Positions 41,488 to 54,133 of a stretch of 64,000 bases of DNA are shown in pieces (within the stretch, counting starts at the first letter, position 1; every line of letters starts with the position of its first letter). The translations under genes were made by a program, and so were the position numbers. Source of the DNA: Eledone cirrhosa (lineage: Eukaryota); assembly GCA_964016885.1 (NCBI GenBank), contig OZ024747.1:90830001-90894000 (forward strand), given 5' to 3'. The notes under the pieces are model-generated. The model was not told the origin of the DNA and did no database searches. It saw nothing but the letters and a program-made list of their open reading frames with translations.

Positions 41488-42582
41488 CCGGGAGAGATGG
41501 CCCCTTAGCCTTTGTCAAGGCAGAATTCTAGGAGAAGGAAAACTCTGATATAACACCTGCAACCCTGATGGTATCCAATGATGTTGACTTGTTCTTCTTT
41601 TTGGTAAATATCATCTTGGTTAAGAGAGTGGGACTGGCTTTGTGCAGTGCCTTTGCTCACTATAAAAGATTCACAGCACAGGCATTGCTTTATATCTGGA
41701 TATCTCTCTGCACTTGTTATCACATGGTACCATGGGCCCAGCACTATGTGTCAATAATTGTCACAAGTTTAGTGTTTGTACCAGAGTTTTCAAGTCGCTG
41801 GCTGGACTAAAAAGTCACATTCGTTCAGCGCATCGGTAGTGGTTCTCCTACATGGATATAAAGTAGTGGCCGTACTCGAAAACGAGTTGGCAGCCACCAT
41901 GTATGTATGTATGTATGTATGTATGTATGTATGTATGTATGTATGTATGTATGTATGTATGTATGTATGTATGTCAGGTCACCAGTTGGTGCTACTGGTA
42001 ACATGTATCCCAGTACAACCTGTCTCATGGTCGGGTCGTTGGCGACTAAACTGGCAACCCCACCAAGGTTTCTTGGTGAGGAGGGTGACTTTGGACATCC
42101 TGCAGGACTAAAAACAAAACCTGTCAAAGGGCAAAGGAGCTCTTAAGAGTCAATGGCCATCCAAAATCACCGGGAGAGATGACCCCTTAGCCTTTGTCAA
42201 GGCAGAATTCTAGGAGAAGGAAAACTCTGATATAACACCTGCAACCCTGATGGTATCCAATGATGTTGACTTGTTCTTCTTTTTGGTAAATATCATCTTG
42301 GTTAAGAGAGTGGGACTGGCTTTGTGCAGTGCCTTTGCTCACTATAAAAGCTTCACGGCACAGGCATTGCTTTATATCTGGAGATCTCTCTGCACTTGTC
42401 CTCACATGGTACCATGGGCCCAGCACTATGTGTCAATAATTGTCACAAGTGTAGTGTTTGTACCAGAGTTTTCAAGTCGCTGGCTGGACTAAAAAGTCAC
42501 ACTCGTTCAGCGCTTCGGTAGGGGTTCTCCTACATGGATATAAAGTAGTGGCCGTACTCGAAAACGAGTTGGCAGCCACCAT
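41488..42582. repeat. Direct duplication (41488-41900 / 42170-42582, period 682 bp) of a probable LINE-derived segment in (TATG)n
   Basis: Near-identical ~413-bp copies; CTAGGAGAAGGAAAACTCTGA resembles RTE 5' UTR motifs (from memory). Confidence 0.75.
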
Positions 42583-42793
42583 GTATGTATGTATGTATGT
42601 ATCTCTTAATTTCGAGTATACTTTTTTGACCGGCTACCTTCCTGGTGGCAAGGTTGTAAAAGAAAAGAAATTGTCATCCCTTGAATCGCAAGAATGTTTT
42701 GTAAATTTTGAAGGTGCCAGCTATCGCAGCCATTTGTAGACTATGAATTAGGGAGCTGCGCTCTTGGTATGTATGTATATATGTATGTATGTA

Positions 42794-42829
<36 letters not shown>

Positions 42830-42904
42830 TGTTTGTATATATGTATGTATGTTTGTATGTATGTATGTATGTATGTATGTTTGTATGTATGTATGTATGT
42901 ATGC

Positions 42905-42936
<32 letters not shown>

Positions 42937-43132
42937 GTATTTTGAAGACCATACGCTATCAGTTTTAAAGTATTGACTATGTCATTTACTTCTTTTCAGC
43001 GAAAGAAGGGAAAGTAGCTGTTAGTGATCATCAGAGCCTCGTACTCCCCACTTTCGACGAAAATTATAGAAGCTGGATTCTTATAAAATTCCAGTAATAA
43101 TCAGGAGCTGATTATACAGAGCGATTGCCGGT

Positions 43133-43169
<37 letters not shown>

Positions 43170-43228
43170 ACCATAGAGTGCTCAATCGGCATACCGCCTA
43201 CGGAATCATCTTAGCTACCATCAGACAC

Positions 43229-43328
<100 letters not shown>

Positions 43329-43366
43329 ATATATGTATGTATGTATGTATCTATGTATGTATGTGC

Positions 43367-43397
<31 letters not shown>

Positions 43398-43416
43398 TCT
43401 CCAGGTGAACAACAGA

Positions 43417-43501
43417 GGTCCGAGGAGCTTTTGATTCCAGAGTCGGGTCCGATCGATACAGGTCGAATCTTGAGCTGATCAATAGCGAAACGCGCGTCAC
43501 C
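43417..43501 (+). ncRNA. Family G hammerhead (U4C variant, long stem II)
   Basis: GGT-CCGAGGA-GCT...AGC-GAAA-CGCGCG-TC-ACC. Confidence 0.7.
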
Positions 43502-43972
43502 AGTCAATAAACGTAATGAAGGCTTAACAAATCGTCCTTGTATTATTATTATATAAGGGCGGGAATTGGCAGTATCGGTAGAGGGTTGGACGCCATGCTT
43601 TCTAGCATAGTTACGTCCCTTTACAGTCTGAGTTCAAATCCCGCCGAGGTTAACTTTGCCTTTCATCCTTACGGGGTCGATAAAATAAAGTACCAGTAAT
43701 GTACTGGGTAATTGCTGGCCTTATGCCAAAAGTAGAAACAATTATTATTATTATGATAGTAACAAGACGCAAAGGATTTGCATATCGGTGAGGGTTGGAC
43801 GCCATGTTTTGCAGCACAGAGTTACGGCTCTTTACATTCTGAGTTCAAATCCCGCCGAAGTTAACTTTGCCTTTCATCCTTACAGGGTCGATAAATTAAA
43901 GTACCAGTAATGCACTGGAATAATTGTGCCAAACGTAGAAATAATAATTATTATTATAATATATATATATAT

Positions 43973-45011
43973 AAGTGAGCGAAACCAAAGGGTCGGGATT
44001 TAGTGATTTAATCCTGGTATGTATATAAGCATTTCTAACATTAATTTTTACCTAATTATGTATGGTTGACCGTGTATTTAATTAATTTCCACGTGCTGTT
44101 GAAATGTTGGGTAAATATTCTATAGCGTTTGCACGCGAAGACGCCACGATAGCGTTTCTTCATAGATGCCTTTTATTCTTATAGTCTGGTCTAATTGATT
44201 TTTTGTGTGGTTAATTATGCTGATTGGGAGTAGGGATGATGTATATATATTGTCAAATAATTCTCTGGACATGCTTTACTCTATAGTATTTCGCTCTGAT
44301 TAATTTATTAATTCTTCATTGAGCCACATCGTGAAAAGTTGCAAAAACACATATATACCTGTGACTTTGTTTAATTGGTGCATGTGTAAATATTTATATT
44401 TAATAATCTCCCATAAGGTTGAGATAACAATTTGGGCGATATTGGGCTGCGCTTTCTAGCAACCAACCCACTTGCCGTAAGCAACCAATCACACCCTTCC
44501 TGACTTGACCACTGCCACGTTACAGTTCTCAACCAATTTGAATTCGTGTTTGGCGCGGGGTGGGGTGGTGGTGGTGGTGGGGGGTGGGGGGGGGGGGGGG
44601 GCACTTCAGAAAATAATATGTCCTAGTGAGTTTATCCCCTGATGAGCTCTAAACTCGAGTATAAACCTTAAATAAGGTATCTCAAAAGTGAGCGAAACCA
44701 AAGGGTCGGGATTTAGTGATTTAATCCTGGTATGTATATAAGCATTTCTAACATTAATTTTTACCTAATTATGTATGGTTGACCGTATATTTAATTAATT
44801 TCCACGTGCTAATGAAATGTTGGGTAAATATTCTATAGCGGTTGCACGCGAAGACGCCACGGTAGCGTATTTATTTACTGTTTCTTCATAGATGCCTTTT
44901 ATTCTTATAGCCAGGTCTAAATGATTTTTTGTGTGGTTAATTATGCTGATTGGAAGTAGAGATGATGTATATATGTTATCAAATAATTCTTTGGACATGC
45001 TTTACTCTATA

Positions 45012-45013
<2 letters not shown>
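43973..45013 (+). mobile_element. Retrozyme/pLTR-like element: ~320-bp direct repeats, period 713 nt
   Basis: 43973-44290 repeats as 44686-45013; (TA)n flanks; no convincing ORF. Confidence 0.75.
44634..44712 (+). ncRNA. Canonical type I hammerhead
   Basis: ATCCC-CTGATGA-GCTC...GAGC-GAAA-CC-AAAG-GG-TC-GGGAT; predicted cleavage after C44707. Confidence 0.9.
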
Positions 45014-45077
<64 letters not shown>

Positions 45078-45083
<6 letters not shown>

Positions 45084-45278
45084 ATAGGAACCAGTAAGAC
45101 TCCGACGGCTGAGCTCAAGCCGTTTCGACGGCTAATTCTGGACAGAATTAGCCGTCGAAACGGCTTGAGCTCAGCCGTCGGGGTCTTACTGGTTCCTATT
45201 ACCCACTCTACTACCCCAAGTATTGAGTACTTTGGTGCGTTATGGTCCACCTGGTTCCTTACCACATTTCCTTCGTTA
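45078..45278. mobile_element. Family B palindromic element
   Basis: Inverted arms centred near 45143; 3' tail runs into (TA)n. Confidence 0.8.
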
Positions 45279-45301
45279 TATATATATATATATATATATA
45301 T

Positions 45302-45661
<360 letters not shown>

Positions 45662-45689
45662 CATACATATATATATATATATATACCTA

Positions 45690-47207
45690 TAGTAATAATT
45701 ACCTAGACACATATGACCTATGCAACCTGTGCCCTACAAGACCAGCAAGAGGCAGACCACCTACCATTACCTCAATGGCCAAGAAAACCCACACAGATAG
45801 ATGGAACGGGTGGACCAGAGCCATCCGGACACCCGAAAACCACGATGAACTGAAGAAAATGATTGCACATGCGGTAGGGGCCAGCATAAAACTAACCCTT
45901 AAGGAACATATGTTCAAATTTAATGGAAAAACATATGCCCAAGAGGAAGGAGCAGCCATTGGTGTTAGCATTGCAGGCGACATAGCTAACTTATTCATGG
46001 TATGGTGGGACAGTAGACTTAAACTTAAACTTAAAGAACAATTAGAAGACCCCTTAACCCTGATAATGTACTCCCGCTACGTTGATGATATAAACATCGT
46101 AGTTAAGACACCCCCACTAGAGAACAGTCAGGAACTAGAGAAAAACACAATGGAAAGCATCCAGCAAATAGCAAACTCCATCCACCAGAGCATTAGAGTT
46201 ACTATAGACTACCCAAGTAAACACCCCAACCATCGATTACCTGTACTAGACACAGAGCTCTGGTTAGATACCATTAACAACAAAAAAAAATCCTCCATTC
46301 CCATTATGCCAAACCCATGACTTCCAAACATCTGATCCACCGAAACTCGGCCGTTTCGGACCATACCAAAATCAACATACTGATTGCGGATTTGGTACGG
46401 GTGATGAGAAATGTGTCCCGCATGTGCAACCCCGAAGAACTAGAGAGACACATACAACACTTCATCCACCGTATGCAGTTCTCTGGCTACAATCAGAGAG
46501 ATAAAATCAGAGTGTATAGAGGAGCCAGAACCAAATGGGAAAAAATGGTAAATAATGACATAAATGGGACCTGCCCCTTGTATAGGAGCAAATTTTGGAA
46601 TAGAATAGAAAGAACTAGGAACAAGGCTAATAGAATAAACTCATGGTATGATAGCAATAAATACCAGAGTGTAATGTTCATCGATACAACCCCTAGCGGT
46701 GAATTAACTTACAAATTAAAAGGGGCCCTAAATAAACATAAACTCAATATTAAGATAGTAGAAAGACCAGGTACCTCCGTAAAAACACTTATTAGCAAGA
46801 TATACCCTTTTCAAAGACCCTCATGTATACATAAGAAATGTATAGCCTGTAAAATAAGCCCCCATATTAACTGTACAACTAGAAATGTAGTGTATAGCAT
46901 AAGATGTACTGAAGGACAATGTAGAGACCAAAATATAGTGTACATAAGTGAGACAGCTCGTAGTGTAGGGGAACGGATAAATGAACACTGGCGAGACCTT
47001 CAAGATAGTAAAGAATCATCTGTACTCTACCAACATGCTAAAATAGAACACAAGGGTAAATTAGAGAACATAGAAATAAAAATAGAATCTACACACAGAA
47101 AAGACGCAATGTTTAGACAAATTACAGAGGCAATAAACATAAAAGAATTACAACCAAAATTAAATAGAAAATATGAGTGGAACAGCAACATCACAACTTA
47201 CAATTAA
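45690..47207 (+). pseudogene. PLE reverse transcriptase + GIY-YIG endonuclease, one frameshift
   Basis: [29 protein letters not shown]; Cx4Cx2C linker; NVVY..C...C..YISETARSVGERINEH; frame change in the A-run at 46282-46290. Confidence 0.9.
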
Positions 47208-47404
47208 GGACAAAATGAAAACACACACACATAGAACAAACAACCAACCAGTAACATGTAAATAAACAAATAAATAAATGAACATAAACACACACAGACA
47301 CCCGGATGTGGCGCATGCGCAGACTAAGCACACAACACACACACAGAAACAAAATGGGGTAGGACAGAACAAAGGAGAGGCACAGAAACAAAGAAAGGAA
47401 TCCC

Positions 47405-47449
47405 AGTCACTGAAGAGGTCACAGAGTGTGTGACGAAAGAACTATGACT
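47405..47449 (+). ncRNA. PLE 3' minimal hammerhead
   Basis: AGTCA-CTGAAGA-G-GTCACA-GAGTG-TGTGAC-GAAA-GAAC-TA-TGACT. Confidence 0.85.
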
Positions 47450-47586
47450 ATATATAAACAACTATCTGGTTGTGGAACCAACCAACCAACCAGAAATTTA
47501 TAAATTTATAAATTTTTTATAATAAATTGAAGTGAAAGTAACTGGTGCGTGTGTTTCTTATTGGCAATATGACCCTCCCAAAGTAT

Positions 47587-47701
<115 letters not shown>

Positions 47702-47711
47702 TATATATATA

Positions 47712-48569
47712 TTCCAGCGGCTTCCCGCCTACATTAGTGATCCCCTCTGGCCTCTCAACATTCTCTACCAGATATTTTGTTTTAGTCTCATTCATTCTCA
47801 GCCTCACACTCATCGACACAGTTTCAACCTCCCGCATCAAATCCTCTGCCTCCTTCACTGTATTTGTCACCAAAACTATGTCGTCGGCAAACTCAGCATC
47901 CGATACCTTTTTCGCCCTAACTCTCCTGCTCTGAGCCGGTGCTATAGTAAAGCCAGAGTCCTGGTGTTTCTCCAGTGCAAGGCGCTGGAATTGGTTGAGG
48001 ACTTCCTGTATTTGGGAGCAAAGATTGGGAATAATGAAGATGATGTGGTTGAGAGGAAGAGCAAGGCCTGGGCGGCGTGCCACAGCTTGAGATCGGTGTG
48101 GAAGTCGGACCTTCGTAGAGAGCTGAAAATCCGCCTCTTCATTGCTGTAGTGGAGTCTGTGCTGCTGTATGGGTCTGAGACTTGGACACTGACCAAGAAA
48201 CTCACTCAGATGGTGGATGGGTGCTACACGAGAATGCTGAGGATGGCTCTGAACATTAATCAGTATACACTGAGGATGAAAAACTCAGAGCTGTATGGAA
48301 GCATCCCAAAAGTCAGCTCAAAAGTGACACAGAGGAGACTGAGGTTAGCTGGACATGCTCACCGACATCCAGAGTTGACATTGCACTCAGTACTCCTTTG
48401 GGAGCCCCTACATGGACACACTAGAAGAGGAAGACCAAGGTTAACGTATGTTGATGCCCTAAGGACAGACACTGGTCTGTTGGAGATGCAGGACATGGCA
48501 GCGATAATGAGGGACAGAGACCGCTGGAGAGAACTCGTCCATGGATCTCGGGAATTTTACCCGCCTTAG
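47712..48569. mobile_element. RTE LINE with 5' inversion
   Basis: Minus 47712-47975 encodes ..[16 protein letters not shown]; plus 47979-48569 continues KALELVEDFLYLG..REFYPP*. Confidence 0.9.
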
Positions 48570-48604
48570 ATAGATAGATATATATGTATATATATATATA
48601 TATA

Positions 48605-48674
<70 letters not shown>

Positions 48675-48864
48675 GGAGGTGAGTTTTATTGGAGTACAAT
48701 AAAGCAATATGTTGATTTAAAACTGCAATATTCAAGTGTGTTTTAACCTTCATATCATGTCTCCCTATTTTATTTGACGAAAACGCAAATGTTATTGCAT
48801 GATGATATTTGTTTTTGAAATGCGCATAATAAAATACATGAAACTCTTTTAACCATCTGTTGAT

Positions 48865-48909
<45 letters not shown>

Positions 48910-48910
48910 G

Positions 48911-48952
<42 letters not shown>

Positions 48953-49233
48953 TAACGAAGGAAATGTGGTAAGGAACCAGATGGACCATAAGGCACCAAA
49001 GTACTCAATGCTTAGGGTAGTAGAGTGGGAAATAGGAACAAGTATAACCCCGAGGGCAGAGCTCAAGCCGTTTCGACGGCTATTTCTGGACTATTTCGTC
49101 CAGAAATAGCCGTCGAAACGGCTTGAGCTCTGCCGTCGGGGTCATAGATTTTCCTATTACCCACTCTACTACCCCAAGTATTGAGTACTCTGGTGCGTTA
49201 TGGTCCATCTGGTTCCTTACCACAACTCCATCG

Positions 49234-49236
<3 letters not shown>
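48953..49236. mobile_element. Family B complete head-to-head dimer
   Basis: Two full, slightly diverged copies joined at CTGGACT-ATTTC-GTCCAG; both 3' ends run into (TA)n. Confidence 0.85.
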
Positions 49237-49296
<60 letters not shown>

Positions 49297-49714
49297 TGAG
49301 GATATTTAAGATGATTGCACACAATAGACACAATAGACAGAACACCAATGTGGTCGCTTGATTCGCTAGAAATAACAGCGAAATAACAGTTTAATTGAAT
49401 TGACTTCTCGCCGTTTGAATTTAGGACTTTCTATTTCGGCTTTACGACCCTAAATGTACAAAAACATAGGTTGATCAAAGCCAGTTGTCTTTGCTCACAT
49501 TTCTGTTTAATCGTGACTGTGTTGTGATTAAACAACAACAGGCTGGAGAACAGGAATCTAGATAAAGTAAAATGAAGGCCCTCATTTGATCTATAACACA
49601 TATATAGATCTCATTAAATTCTGGTCGACTTTCCTAATCTCTCTTAATCGGTTTATTGAGCTTCAACGTGGTTTGTTTGGCCGTAATCTGGTAAATTCCT
49701 GCACACACACACAC

Positions 49715-49745
<31 letters not shown>

Positions 49746-49896
49746 TGTATGTATGTATGTATGTATGTATGTATGTATGTATGTATGTATGTATGTTGTA
49801 TGTATGTATGTATGTATGTATGTATGTATGTATGTATGTATGTGTATATGTGTATATGTATATATGTATTTATATATGTATTAATGTATATATATG

Positions 49897-49930
<34 letters not shown>

Positions 49931-50134
49931 TGTATGTATGTATGTGTATATGTGTATATGTATATATGTATTTATATATGTATTAATGTATATATATGTA
50001 TATATGTATATATGTATGTGTATATATATATATATACACACATATATATATATACATATATATATATACATACATATATACACACACATATATATATGTG
50101 TGTTTGTGGGTGTGTGTGTGAGTGTGCATATATG

Positions 50135-50201
<67 letters not shown>

Positions 50202-50301
50202 ATACATATGTATATATATATGTATATATATATGTATATATATATATATATGTATATATATGTATATATAAATATATGTATATATATAAATATATGTATA
50301 C

Positions 50302-50419
<118 letters not shown>

Positions 50420-50528
50420 GAATATGTACATATATGTGTGTGTATTTGCATGCACATAGATACACAATCGCATACACATATACCTATATGTAGAATACAC
50501 AAGTATCAAAGTTACGTTTAAAACATTT

Positions 50529-50580
50529 AATCGCTGACAATTGTTTCTTCCAAACTTAGGCTTGGAGTCCTCGGAGCATT
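50529..50580 (-). ncRNA. Hammerhead (U4C) at the 3' end of the second PLE
   Basis: Minus: AATGCT-CCGAGGA-CTCCAAGC-CTAA-GTTTGGAA-GAAA-CAATTG-TC-AGCGATT. Confidence 0.7.
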
Positions 50581-51855
50581 ATCAATGTTTGTACATATAA
50601 TTAACCTCGTATTCAACTGAAGAATCATAGAGATACATATATATTGATTTTGTGGACAACAGTTTCGTGTTTACAGTGTGGAATGGATGCGATTATATTA
50701 TACGAGAATTGTACTATAATTCAAATTAAGATTAAAATTAAAATTAAAATTAAAATTAAAAGCATAGGGTGGAATACATGCGTCAGATAATACAGATAAT
50801 ACAAGAGAATAGTCTAATAATTAAATTAGAGAGATAGTACATGCGTTAGTCATATATAAAGGAATGGAACAAGCAAATGTATCATGCATATATGAGTACT
50901 GTATGGCAGGGTATTACATAAAATACAAGCACTTTAAGGGAATATGTTAGTGTATTATGGTGGTGCAATGCGAGGATATTTTCTGTATAGTTCAAATTTG
51001 TATGTGTGTAGAATATGAAAGTTACAGATTTCACATCCATTACATAAGTTAAGATATATTTGTATTGAATGTTTGTTATAGTAATGGATTGTAACTTAGT
51101 GTTATTTAATCCATATTTATGGATTAGAGTTGTTTAACTGCGGGAATTTTCAACGGTTTAATATCCGGAAGTGGATATGGAATTAAGGGGAGCTAATGCG
51201 TAAGGGGAGGTAACTAGCTCATTATAATAATTAAATTCCTTGCTCTAATAGACATTATATAGTGCCTCAATTGAATCCCTTATATAAAAAGTTATATATT
51301 TATATTTAATTTTAAATACAGTCTATTCTCTCATAATATATTAAAGGTTTCATTAGATTGTTGTCTACCCAATATTTGGTAAGATATGGAATAACGTATA
51401 GCTGTTTGCATGCTAAACTAGATACATCGCTTGAGTAAATAAATGAATCCTTTATATACAATGTTATTAATTTATACATCTAATTATAAATGTATATATA
51501 ATTCATTGTTCCATATTACATTTAAGTTAGATAATCCCTTATGTTAATAAATTAATCCTTTATATACAATGTTATTAATTTATACATTTAATTATAAATG
51601 TATATATATATTATATTATATTTCAATCACTATATGATTATAAGTAATCTAAAGTAATTATATTAAAAGGTGGTGATTATAAGAATATTTCTAAAGTATA
51701 AAGTTATAGATAAAAATGATTTGTGTAGAGGAAAGGGTGGATCAAAGAGTGTGATGCAGCGGTGGAAGGTAAGTCTTAGAGGTGAAGTGCTAATGGTGGT
51801 GATGAGTTCAAATCTGACATTTTTATATACTAGGTTTAAAGCTATGGAATGAGTG

Positions 51856-52266
51856 TCAGAAGCGGTGCTGGCACGATGCAAACACTTCCGATTTTTTATT
51901 TAGGAGGTCAAGATTCGAAAAGATTATAGTATGGGTCTCTAGGAGACAGAGGTTACAACATTTATTAGGTGGTTTATACGATGCAGCCCTACCTACTACT
52001 TCCCATTGAAGTGTATATGGTCTATTACTAGTTTTCAGATAGTGTATGTAGCTAGATAGTGAAGTGGAGTTGGCTAGATTGTGTTTTTTGAAAGAGTGGA
52101 GATGCGAGTTGTATCTCGTCTTGAAGAGGTTCGAAGTAGAGCCTATATATGTTTTAGAAGAGTTGTTAGTGTTGACCGTGCAGGAGTAAATGATGTCCTT
52201 GATTAAGCAGTTACCTAAAGGACAGGTTCTATTTGATCTACAGTTACATTTATTTTGGATGTTATC
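51856..52266 (-). pseudogene. PLE GIY-YIG endonuclease C-terminal region (not in the ORF track)
   Basis: Manual translation: CNCRSNRTCPLGNCLIKDIIYSCTV..KTYIGSTSNLFKTRYNSHLHSF..STSLSSYI..CCNLCLLE..LLNKKSEVFASCQHRF*. Confidence 0.85.
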
Positions 52267-52554
52267 TTATCGGTTATTATGTTGTGTAGAAGTCTGGTTG
52301 CTAGGGATAGTATTAGGGCTATGATGGTTGTCGTTCCTAATGTTATTGATTTCATTAGTGTTTTTACTGTTATTACTATTGCTATTAGGATTTGTAGTTA
52401 TTATGTTGTTCTGAAAGTTTACCTCCTGCTGTGTTTTAATTTGTTGAAAATAAGTATTAATCTTTCTTTTATTACTACTAGCTATATGGTATACCTATAT
52501 GTATACAGCCAAACACCAAACGGGGATTCGCTGTTTTGCAGATAACAATATATT

Positions 52555-52922
52555 TTAGTTATGTTGTGGATACTATATGTTGTGGATACTACATGTTGTG
52601 GGTACTGCATGTGGATACTATATGTTATGGGTACTACATGTTGTGGATACTACATGTTGTGGATACTACATGTGGATACTACATATGGATATTACATGTT
52701 GTGGGTACTACATGTGGATATTACATGTTGTGGACAGTACATGTTGTGGGTACTATATGTTGTGGGTACTACATGTTGTGGATATTACATGTTGTGGACA
52801 GTACATGTTGTGGATACTACATGTTGTGGATACTACATGTTGTGGGTACTATATGTTGTGGGTACTACATATTGTGGATACTACATGTTGTGGGTACTAC
52901 ATGTTGTGGATACTACATGTTC
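52555..52922. repeat. 16-bp minisatellite G(A/G)TACTACATGTTGTG
   Basis: Head-to-tail units without unique spacers. Confidence 0.95.
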
Positions 52923-53454
52923 ACATTACAATTAAAGTTGCATCAACATATGGCTCATCAAATATAGTGGTTTAGGCACAAGGCCAACAATTTAGGAGGA
53001 GGGGAAAGTCGATTAAATCGACCCCAGTACATTACTGGTACTTTATTTTATCGACCCCGTAAGGATGAAAGCCAAAGTGAACCTCAAGGATAATAATAAT
53101 AATTGATATGATATCTTATATTTGCTACAAGGACCGAAAGCAGTGGGTGAAATACAAGAACAAAGCAACACAGGGAGGGTTTTGGGGTACAGAAGAGAAA
53201 GGAACGAACAACCAAGTAAAAACAATGTTTTTATCGATCCCGTAAGGATGAAAGGCAAAGCTAACCTCGGCGGGGATTTGAACTCAGTATGCCGTAAATC
53301 ATGGAGTCCGACGGCTCATCAAATATATTGATAATATAATATAGTATATTATCAACTAATGAAATTATCGGTTGTAATTCAGCTTATATGTCCCAAATGT
53401 TTTGTTTCATTGAGTGTTTTATTATAAGGTCAGGTTTGAATATTTACGAGCGTA

Positions 53455-53524
<70 letters not shown>

Positions 53525-54048
53525 GAAGAAGAAGAAGAAGAAGAAGAAGAAGAAGAAGAAGAAGAAGAAGAAGAAGAAGGATGGATACATATTGGAAAAA
53601 AAAATATCAATTTTCAGCATTTATGTACAACTAGTTACACAGGATTAAATGTATTAGCTTTAGAGAAATAACTATTTACAGGGTCAACCCACAGCCTTGT
53701 GGTTGATAAGCGAAGTAATTTATTGGAGCAATATGACTGAGACAGGAAGTCCATTGTGTGTAAGTGTATATGTAAATTTTCAAAAAGTTACAGTCATTTA
53801 TATACATACGTAGCTACGTATATATAGAGATGTCAACATGAATGGTCCTGTTATTTTTATCTAAAGACATTTTTTTCCAATTCCACCCCACCCGTCCCTT
53901 CAATCTATCTAATTTCTCATTCTTTGTTCTCATGAAGGACTAGCGTCCGAAAGTTAGGACCCTCTTCCAGCTATTTCAAGCGTTAACCTAATATATTCCT
54001 TCCATATACTGTACCGATTGCGTTGTTATTTCTGTTTATCTTTTAAAA

Positions 54049-54130
<82 letters not shown>

Positions 54131-54133
<3 letters not shown>

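Noticed and set aside
46317-47400. Selenoprotein-type PLE (in-frame UGA plus SECIS)
   Set aside because: No in-frame TGA at Cys positions in the visible ORF and no SECIS recognised
52536-52975. Cys-rich repeat protein or CRISPR-like array
   Set aside because: 16-bp tandem minisatellite with no unique spacers, unit not a multiple of 3, eukaryotic context, no cas genes
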